From NCBI GenBank assembly GCA_015680685.1, contig MNCI01000003.1, forward strand, positions 728,193 through 792,192: 64,000 nt of DNA, written 5' to 3'. How positions within the stretch are numbered: position 1 is the stretch's first letter; every line of letters starts with the position of its first letter. The position numbers and the translations under genes were made by a program. The stretch is from Gnetum montanum. Lineage: Eukaryota > Plantae > Gnetophyta. The notes beneath the pieces are model-generated. The model was given only the letters and a program-made list of their open reading frames with translations. It was not told the DNA's origin and did not search any database. Below, in pieces: positions 37,519-47,540 of this stretch.

Positions 37519-40376
37519 ATGGCACCAAAACCAAGGCATTCAAGGGATGAAGGACCATCACAACCTAGCGACAAGCGTTCACAAATGGAAAGGGGACGAG
37601 GTGTGCAGCAACCAGAGCACATGGAGGGCTCTCATGCAATTGGCCCCCTCCATGAAGAACCTAATGTGGAATTTTTCCATTAGATTCTTGAAGAGATGAT
37701 TCTTAGCAGGCAATCACAAGGGGATGAAACTCCGGGGATAGTGCCATAGCTTGAGGTCACCCTGACTCAAGCATGTCTTGACGCTATCAAGCCGTGAGAA
37801 GTGCAATGAATGGTCCTATAAGAGTTAACCTTTGGACCATTTTTGGAAAATATACCAAAAGACGTGAGGCTTCAGTTGCAAAATTCTCCTATGTGGCCAA
37901 TCATCACAACCAGTGGTGAATGGTAGTTAGGAGAGACCTATCTCTTCTGGACAAATCGGCAATTGGGGTCCAGAGTAAGAATTAAGGACATCTATGTCTC
38001 TTACTCTGTAGAAGCAATTGCACAACCTCTAGGGTTGCCAAAGATTGGAGCAGATGTGGAAAAGATCTTGAAACAAGTAGACCCAGAGGTAGAAGGGGAG
38101 TGGATTAGGCAGTGCTATGGGGTAGATCGCAAGGAGTTCGACATTCTAACCACCGTGGAGAGGGTGTATTCAAAGATCATGTCTTACCACTTAAACCCAA
38201 TGGTGGGATCCAGCAAAATCATGGCCTTCTCCGCTCGTGCATGTGCCACCTTAAGTGGAAAATTTCCAATGAGTCTTCCACAGTTTTTATTCTTGGAAAT
38301 TGAAAAGAGGTTCGCTGAAAGCGAATGTGGAAGATGAGCTCTCCCCTTCCCCTGCCTAATTAGAAAGTTATGCAAATGGGTAGGGATAGCATGATATGCT
38401 AATGATACACTCCAACATGCCCTGATTTCCTCATGGAGGGAAATGATGAAGGATAGGATGCTTGCCACTACACACATCGAGGAGTTGTAGAAACCACCTT
38501 CACCACCTACACAAACAATGAGGTCGGGTTTGCAAACTACTGCAAAACACATTTGAAAAATCTTACAATTGCTCTTGAGCTAGCAAGAGAAATATGAAAG
38601 GACTGGTAAAGGAAAAGACCCTTCGGTCTATCACCCTACAATGAGCCACTTGGAGCAAGGGGCTCAATCAGTCAGTTTGGTAGAAAGAGCAAGGTCGATG
38701 TTCTCTGCTGCCTGAACACAAGTGCCAGCAAGAATAGATCCTAGGGTCTGAGGGATAATGGTATCAACTCAAAAACTATTCCTTAAAATTTTAGGGAATA
38801 TCGATACCTTCTTACTATGCCTGAAAGATGGCAAGGGGGCGATGGTCCTGGTGATGCAGCACCAAGGATAGGAGATTGCGGCCGAAGTGGTTGTAGATAT
38901 GATTGCTATGGCTCTCAACTCACCAGAGACACTTGTACCAGATGTACATGGACTTCAAGATGTAAAAAAATCTACTGGAACTTCACGTAGCAAGATTGAT
39001 GCAGCATAACATGAAGAATTGTTGGATCGACTAGTGGGAATCGGGCAATCGCTTTCGAATGTCTTTAACCTTCTAGATAACATCACTACGACCTAGTCAG
39101 AGCTGCTATCAGCAAGGGGTAAAAGCCTTCTCTTGAAAGGGAAATTTGAAGCTGTTCAAGCTAACTATCAACTCTTGGAAATAGAAGTTGCTCAATTAGG
39201 AGCCCAACTTGCCAATCCAGCTCTCCTCAACTATGAGCTCACCCGTGACGAAGCTTTTCAACAGGATTCAGATCAAACTACAGATAGTTGAGGATGAGCA
39301 AGAGTTTGCGATCTTTGATAAGTCCTTGGCAGATGCTCATTCATATCATTTAAACAAGGACTTAATAGAGATTTGTCAGGAGAACGTCAAGTTGACTGCG
39401 GAGGTCCATCGCCTGCGTAATGTTGGTGCTGAAACTGAGCACATGAAAACTTTTATTCACTAATAGCAGGAAGAGCTAGCCAGGGTGAATGCCGATGTGA
39501 GAAGTTTGGGTGCTAAGAATCAAAATTGGTCCATGGAGGAGATTCAAACCTTGCGACAAAAATTTTCCATTGAAATCGTTGCTTGGAAGAATGAGGCCTT
39601 GAAATTTGAAAAAGTCAAGAATCATTACATGGACCAAGTGGGATTGCAAAAGGAAGTGAATGAGAAATAGATTTAAGTCGCAAAGGCTAAGATGAACCAA
39701 GCACTCCAGTAGCTTCAAGAAGGAGGCAAAGGTATGAAAAATTATCTTTGATGGGTTGAATGCCTCCAATCAAGCTGAAATCTGCCTCAAGGAATTGTAG
39801 ATTGAGGAGATGAAAGAGTATATGGAGCTTGCCAGCCTTTGCTATGAAAACCTGGCCATGATCATAGCTAGGAGATCATGGTTTGAATTGGAAAAGAAAG
39901 TGGCCACCTCATATTCTTTATACGAGGGTGAGTTCTAGGCACACAAGGCAACAAAACAAAAAATGAAGATAGAAAATGCGGAACTCGAGGTTCTCCGTAC
40001 AAGTTTTGAAGGACAACGCATGGTCATGGAGATCTTGGCTCATCGAATGAATGACTACCAACAGCTAAAAATATTAATTTAAGCATTTGACATCGAATAG
40101 AAACACTTCGTAGCCTAGTTTGTTAACTTGAAAGAAGTCTTCCCTACATTGTCGTGCCCTTGGGAGGTTCCTGTCCCAGCACACATTGGTGAAGCCACCT
40201 GGATAGTGAATGATCCTAGAAGTAAGAAGGAAAATATGAGGGTCCTCTTGGAGGCTTTCCAATTGCCTCTAGAAGTTGCAGCTTCTGTAGGGTAGCCATC
40301 ATTCATGCCACTACCACTGCATGGGCCAGAGGCTAGTGAAGGTCCGTCGAAACCACCGCCTCCAGGGATGGTGTGA
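37519..40376 (+). pseudogene. Accessory ('env-like') ORF of element C, ~950 codons, interrupted
   Basis: Starts TTTTTGTGCAG|ATG GCA CCA AAA (MAPK). Contains YSVEAIAQPLGLP and LPFPCLIRKLC, typical of the plant putative transposon protein domain in Athila env-like ORFs, then an E/K/L-rich coiled-coil region. Conserved with element A. Confidence 0.85.
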
Positions 40377-40629
40377 TCTTTTCCAACAATTTTTGCATAT
40401 TTCTACACAATAGAGAATCCAAGACTGGCAAGGTGTTCAATTTTATCTCTAAGCACCACCATTTTTGTAATTTTTCCTTCTTTATATACTCGGGCACTTG
40501 GTGCATCATGTGTGTGTATGTGTGTAAGTGTGTCATATGTGTCAAATCATGTGTGTTGTAAATAAAATTCCATACCTTTCAAATTGTAATAGGGACTCGA
40601 GGATGAGTTTTTACTCAATTGTGGGGGTA

Positions 40630-41564
40630 TGATGAAGTGCTAGACAGTCACTACGTTTACTAGGCCACGTATACAAGACCTCATATATGCAGTTGCATTG
40701 ACATGGCCCCATATACGTGGCCCCATATACGTGACCCCGTTGACGCATCCTTCCATGCGTCGACGTGGCCCCGTTTATGTGGCACCTATTTCGGCCTATA
40801 AATAAGTGGGCTCCTACCACACTTAGGAACCTTTTTGTCAGTTGTAGCAAAGCTCTTGCAGTTTGTTTTTGCGAGAGTTCGAATATTTTCCAAGTGCTCG
40901 TAGTAGGTGTAAGAAAGGTGTCCAGCTCTTTATTTGAGCACTGATGTACCTAAGCCCATTGGCGTGAACGACAATAAAGACGAGCTTTTCAAGCATTCCT
41001 TGCAACAATTGGACTTAGCCATTTCTATGCATTTATAGTTTAATATTTATATGTTTTAATCATTCATTAATTTTATGTTATTGTTATTTTAATTGCTCTT
41101 GCTCTCTTATAGTTCATAGAAACCATAAGTACGACCATCTCGAACGTAAAACCCAACACTTGACAACCCAGCGACACTTAACATCTAGCAATCTAGTAGT
41201 GGTTAGGAGATGCTTAGGACATGCACGGAAGATGGGGATCAAATACTTATGCTAGGAAAAGCTAGGACATAGATTAGGATAATTATAGATTACATAATAT
41301 TTCATTCCTTACATTCCATTCTAATAATTAGATGCTAGAAGATAAAGTAAAAAGCCATGAAAATTAGTTGCCTCAATCGCACTTAACCATCACAATCAAA
41401 ACATCACAAGTGAGGTTGAGAAGACAACAACTGTTCTAACAAGGGGTTTTTCTGGTTAAGGTCCGACGTATGCTAAGTGCTTACAGTCTATGGAATTTGA
41501 TTGAGTTGAGTGTGAATGCCCATGATTCGCATGGTTGGACGTAGGGGTACCTAGCCGCTCATCA
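40630..41564 (+). repeat. 3' LTR of element C
   Basis: Direct repeat of 28152-29063; TATAAATA at 40797-40804; followed by TSD CATAC. Confidence 0.96.
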
Positions 41565-41936
41565 CATACTTTGTAACACTAGAAATTTGGATTGTTTGAT
41601 AATAGATGTACCTCCATATGTTGCTTCTAGCATTTCCCAAACTTTTTTAGTGGTTTTTCATCTAGCTACTCTATTAAATTTATATTTACTAAAGGCACAA
41701 TAAAGATAATTATTTTCTTTTGAATCAAACATGAACTTATCTTTTTCATCTTATGTCCATTTTATTCTTGGCTTGGTAGCTCTTGTGGTGTCATCGATGG
41801 ATGGCATGTAATGTTCAAGAATAGAATCATAGACTTGGAACTTTATGGATTTAAAGAATCCTTTCATTCTTGCCTTCTAGTATGGGAAGTTGATCCCATT
41901 AATCATTGGTGGATTGGTGTATGATGTCCCTTCCAT
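41565..41936 (-). pseudogene. SIRE-like gag, N-terminal segment
   Basis: MEGTSYTNPPMINGINFPY*KARMK...KKVWEMLEATYGGT, which joins the 28146 segment when C is removed. Confidence 0.9.
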
Positions 41937-41993
41937 TGTTCACTCTTGAGATGTTAAGCTCTAAAAATGAGAGTACTAGGCTTTGATACAACT

Positions 41994-43039
41994 TGAGGAT
42001 CGAGAACTCAAAAGGAAAATTAAATAAGTTCCCCAATTCAAACAATTAAGACAACCATACTCAAAAGGTATAATTTTTGTACATCTTTAGATTTTATTCC
42101 TTTAAAACTTGGTTTAAAGGGCATCACAAAATTTACAATGCTTAAGCTTTGCTTGAAGTGTTTTCTTGCTAGAAACACACTCAATTGTGTAAGATCCCAA
42201 CAAGCTCAAAATGTGGTTTCAAGAATCCCACAATATTTACAATGATGTGAGCTTCACATAGATTTTTTCTCATTGAAAACACACTCAACCTTGCAAGGTC
42301 TTGATAAGCTCACAAGATGTCTTCTCACAAGAATCAGATCAACCTTGTAGAGTAAAAAGAAAAAAAGAATTAAGGTGATAGTGTAGCTAACTTTACAAAT
42401 TCCTTGAAATGAAGCTCTCAATACAAAATACAAATTACAAGGGATAGAGAGTTTAAGGAACATAAAAAATTTACTGAATATAGGTAATGAATAGTGCTTG
42501 TCTTTTTCCCAAGAATTTTAAATTATTTTACAATCATTTACTTTCCAGATCCTCCTCAAAATTCATGCAATGGCTAGAAAACAGCCAGTTGGGACATCCT
42601 ATTCAAGCTTGGAACATGTCACTAAAAACTAGCCAGATGTAGATGGGATGTCCCATTAAAAATTAGAACATCTTACTTGGGATGTCTTAGCTGGGATGTC
42701 CCAATAGTAATTGGGATGTTTGGCCTAAAATTGAGTCTTCATCTTTGGGACATCTAGGTAGATACCAAAACACATTTTTTTGGATTGTAGGCTTCATGTA
42801 TCCTTAAAATCTTTCGTCTTAGTTGAAACTTCTTACCACCTCAACTTAGCTCTTGTTTTGGTACCATGAAGCTCTTATCTCAAACTCATGCTCTTGTCTT
42901 GTTCCCATGGAATCCTTGTCTTTACACTAATAAGCTCTTGTCTCGATCTTGGCATCTTGTTTTTTTTAGCCCTGCAAGATTACAAGCACATTTTCCACAT
43001 TCTCCATTTTCTAAGGTTTTGACCACCAAAATGCCAACA
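41994..43039 (-). repeat. 5' LTR of the SIRE-like element (~1046 bp)
   Basis: Collinear with 13805-14904; adjacent degenerate Met-i PBS. Confidence 0.88.
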
Positions 43040-43739
43040 ACCTTTGAATGCGCTAACCATTTGAAGTAAATAATTATTAAGAACATATTCAAATTTTTTT
43101 GCTTTCTTATTTCTAAAATTTGGATAGGATTAACACATCAAAATATTTCTCATAGGTAATAAATTATCAGATAATATGAGTATAATTTATACAATTATAG
43201 ATCCTAGAATGCAGGGACTTCTTGAATATGCTGCAGTAAAATATTCATCAGAAACAAATAATGAAATGAGAAGACTTGTACACATGGGAAGAAATTTTCT
43301 TAATAGATCTATATCTACTATAGTAATATTCAAAGCTTCCTTTGCAATTCTTTGGAGTGCTTGCATGAAATTCTTCTAGATCTTCCATTTATGAAAGATA
43401 TTTTGAGTTGGCTTTTAAAGTCATATGCATACTAAATAAACAAAGAAAACATAATACATAAAGAGATATATTTAACAGAAGGTGCTTGTAATTATTTAAA
43501 TAAGAAATAGCGATTGCTACTACTCAGACGATCTTTAAGGGATCTATGCTTGTTTGTACTTTGAATAGAAAATAATAAGAGGGTCTGAGGACACAAGATA
43601 AGGAATGGGATTTGTGCAAAATACATACTACCATATATCAGAATAAGTATGAAAATCATGGCCCTGTAAAAGAATAGAATTTGATCATAATGAGATACAT
43701 GATAATAGGTAAGCATCTAAATTCTCATAAAAATATGTC

Positions 43740-46700
43740 ATGATGGTAGCAACCAAGGTAGATCATAAAAGTTACAACTCTTCACAATGATACATCCCTT
43801 TTTTTGAAGGTTAGTTACATTATTAATAATACATTTCTATCCTTGTGATGTTACAATCTACACCTCTTAAGAATTTAGCTCATCCTTGAGCTCATCTTCT
43901 ACATCTAGTTGCTCTGCAGTTACATCCTTATTATGATCTTTGTTTTCAAATGCATTATTATACTCATTATCATCTATACATAGGAAAATACATATTAATC
44001 TCTAATAATCTCTATTACTAAAAATATTAATTACTTATTCATTTTTAGGATGATCAAAAGGTTGAGGATGTATCTTGGGGATGAACTTTCTAAGTACATT
44101 AGTGATCTTCATTTTTATCCAATATGTAAGGTACATAATTCTTATGAAAATTCTTGAGTAAACTTTCATGGAAGATAGGGTGGATCATTAAATTCATTTA
44201 GAGATTTAGTGAGATGCAACATCTTATTTTTTGATGTTAATAAAGTTCATCATTCATAGTATAGAATCATTGTTTAATGTTGGAATAATCTAAATCATGT
44301 ATTTGAACATAAAAGTAATGGTAGAAGATGAAACAAAAAAATAAAATAAATAGTGGAACTTAATGAAATTTTTTTGAGTACATTATTAATAACCCTAGGT
44401 TATCTTACTATGATACGTAGTGTAATAACCCTAGTCTCTTTATACTAAGCATCATGATTATTGTAATAAGACCCAAAAAGAGTGGTTGTAATTAAGACTT
44501 GAAAGGATGTGTTGTGATAATGGACATGTCTCTCAAGGTGACCTTTGGGTGGTTTAAACTAAGGAATTTATACTTGAGCATTAGAGGTCGTATTAGCATG
44601 GAGTTATGGAGCTAGTAAAAGGCATGTAATAGGTGCTAGGTAAAGTGGAACAAGAAGAAGATTGGCCATTCCTTTTAGCCAGTGATAAACCTAACCATGA
44701 TGGTAGTGATGGACACATTTGATGTTTTTCATATTATCTTCTTATGCATAATGTCTAATATAACATATATTTGACATTTTCCATGACATTCGAAAATGGA
44801 ATTTCATACTTAGGATTCGTAGAGGTAATCTAGCACTACCACCATGGTTAGATCATAGGACCAAAGGAGTGATTAGTCCCTTCCTATTCCACTTCATCTA
44901 TATTTCATCACTCACCAATCTAGCTCTACAAGTCCATGCCTAGCACGACCTCTAAGCCTTAACCTTAAATGTTAGAGGTCAAATCCATCCCTAAGAAATA
45001 CCATGAATAGTTGCAACTTTTTATAATGAGGCATTCCTTCTTTCAAAGATTAGTTACATTGTTAATATTACATTTTTACCCTTAACAAGGGATAGGATGT
45101 TACAATCTATCCACTTTAAGAATCTATCTCATCATCAATCTCATGTTCAATATCCAGTTGCTCCACAGTTACATCCTTATTATGCTTCTCATTTTTAGCT
45201 TCATTATTATTCTCATTCTCATCTGCACGTAGGAAACTACATATTAATCTCCTAATAAACTATATTATTGAAAATATTAATTAGTTATTCATTTTTATAA
45301 TGATCAAAAAGTTGAGGGTAGATGTTATGAACTTTCTATTTTGAAATGTTTGTTGATTGTAGTTTGACCATTAGATAAATATTTTAGTAATGGTTTGATT
45401 ATGAAGCTTCTTCATTCTCTAACACTTAATTACAATTGGTTTAACCTCAAAGCACATGTTAGATCTTATGGGTAGAGTATTCCAATCCAATAAGTAAGGT
45501 ATATCATTCTTATGTAACTTCTAATATAAACTTACATAGAAGACTAGGTAGATCTTTAAATTTACTAGAAGATTTAAGTAGATGTGACATCCTATTCCTA
45601 GATGTGAATGAATTCAATTATTTGTTATGTAGAATCATTGTTTAAATTAGAATATTCCAAATAGTACATTAAAAAGTAAAATTAATGATAGAAGATGGAA
45701 TAGAAAAAGGAAACAAACAATGAAACTTTTTTAATGAAAATTTTTAAGTTTACTATAACCTAGGTTATTTTCCTATGACACTTAGGATTCTTAAAGACAA
45801 TATAGTACTATAACCATGATTAGGTTATAAGACCAAAGGAGTGATTAGTTACTTCCTATCTTGCTTCATCTAGCTTTTGTCACTTACTAATATAACTTTA
45901 CAACTCCATGTGTGACATGATCTTGAAGCTTCAACTTTAAATATTTGAGGTCGAACCCATCCCCAAGGGGTGCCATGAATAGTTACAACTTATCATAATA
46001 AGGAATCATTTCTTTAAAAAGTTAGTTATATTATTAATGGTACATTTCTATTCTTAATGAGGGATGAGATGTTATAATCTATCCCCCTTAAGAATCTAGC
46101 TTGTCCTTGAGCTCATCTTCTATATCCAATTTCTCCACAGTTACATCCTTATTATGATCCTTGTTTTCAGATCCATTATTATTCTCATTATCATTTTCAT
46201 ATAGGAAATTACATATTATTCTCCTAAAAATATCTATTAATAAAAATATTAATGACTTCTTCATTGTCATGATGATCAAAAAGTTGAGGCCAGGTGTTGA
46301 AAATGAACTTCCTATTTTTTCAAGTTTGTTAATTATAATTTGACCATTGGATAAGTACTTTAGTGATGGTTTTATTATGAAGCTTCTTTATTCTATGATC
46401 CTTAATTGTAATTGGTTTAACCTCAAAGCATGCATTAGATCTTAGAGGTATAGTATTCTAATCTAATACATAAGGTACATCATTCTTATGGAATTTCTTA
46501 AGTAAACTCACATGGAAAACTTGATGGATCTTTGAATTCGCTAAGATATTTAGCTGTATGTGACATCTTATTCTTGAATATTAATGAATTCAATCATTCA
46601 TTACATAGAATAATTGTTTAATATTTGAATAATCTAAATAGTGTGTTAAAACATAAAATTAATGATAGAAGATGCAATGGAAAAAGAAAATAAATAGCAA

Positions 46701-47540
46701 AACTTTATTAATGAAAGTTATTTAAGTACAGTATTAACAACCTTAGGTTATCTTCCTATGATACTTAGGACTCTTAGAGGTAATCTAGAACTACCACCAT
46801 AGTTAGGCCATAAGACTAAAGGGGTGATTAATCCTTTCCTACCTTGCTTCACCTAGCTATCATTACTCATCAATATAGCTCCATAACTTCATGCCTAACA
46901 TAACATCTAAGCCTCAACCTTAAATGTCATAGGTTAAATCCATCCTCGAGGGATACTGTGAATAGTTATAACTTTTATTAACGAAGCATCCCTTTTTCTC
47001 AAGGTTGTTTACATTATTAATGATACATTTCTGGCCTTAACAAGGGACAAGCTGTTCTAATCTACCCTCCTTAAGAATCTAGCTCATCATTAAGCTTATC
47101 TTTTATATCCAATTGTTCCAAAATTACATCCTCGTTATGCTCCTTATTTTCAACTCCATTATTATCCTCATTATCATCTACATATAAGAAACTATATTTT
47201 AATCTCCTAATAATCTCTATTAGTGATAATATTAATTACTTATTCCTTTTCATGATAATCAAAAGGTTGAGGGTATGTGTTGAGGATGAACTTACTATTT
47301 TTCCATGTTTGTTGATTGTAGTTTGATCATTAGATAAGTACTTCAGTGATGGTTTCATTATAAAGCTTTTTAATTATTTGATTCTTTATTACAATTGGTT
47401 TAATCTTAAAGCTCATGTTAGATCTTAAGGGTAGAGCGTTCCAATCCAATACATAAGGTACATTGTTCTTATGAAACTTCTTGAGTAAACTCACATGGAA
47501 GACTAGGTGAATCTTGAAATTCACTAGGAAATTTTGCTAG
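43740..47540 (-). repeat. Tandem array of four [integrase C-terminus/chromodomain + PPT + LTR] units, ~976 bp period
   Basis: LTR copies at 46559-47059, 45583-46076, 44215-45104 (with insert) and a deleted copy ending at 43855. Each is preceded on - by the PPT and the FHVSLLKK region. Confidence 0.9.
44421..44808 (+). mobile_element. Solo LTR of a related family, inserted in opposite orientation within an array LTR
   Basis: TGTAATAACC start, CGTAG/CTTAG flanks (4/5 TSD), and the host LTR resumes seamlessly. GCATGGAGTTATGGAGCTA and CCTAACCATGATGGTAGT match the host LTR's other strand. Confidence 0.75.

Larger units (their letters stand above)
28152..41564 (+). mobile_element. Athila-like Ty3/Gypsy element C (~13.4 kb, full length, youngest in window)
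   Basis: LTRs 28152-29063 and 40630-41564, perfect TSD CATAC, Asp-type PBS, PPT GTGGGGGTA, gag-pol plus a long second ORF. Confidence 0.97.
13805..43039 (-). mobile_element. SIRE-like Ty1/Copia element lacking pol; host of insertions B and C
   Basis: LTR pair 13805-14904 and 41994-43039 with flanks AGCTT/ACCTT (4/5 TSD). PBS at 41980-41991 (minus TTGTATCAAAGC). Minus-strand CATCACCAAAAAGGAAAAGAT|TG resembles the SIRE PPT signature. gag is SIRE-type. Confidence 0.85.

Noticed and set aside
31089-38552. Antisense ORFs of 120-125 aa in element C (31089, 32915, 33629, 38184)
   Set aside because: Shadow ORFs opposite gag-pol/ORF2; no domain signal and not preserved in B or A.
37519-40376. True viral envelope glycoprotein
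   Set aside because: No evident signal peptide or clear transmembrane segment by eye; 'env-like' here is positional only.
43045-43740. Possible host-gene exon fragments (ORFs 43176..43379 and 43492..43716)
   Set aside because: No recognisable motif or consistent splice structure.
43740-47540. Cassandra/TRIM tandem array
   Set aside because: The LTRs lack 5S sequence and the inter-LTR segments have no PBS; they are integrase/chromodomain sequence.
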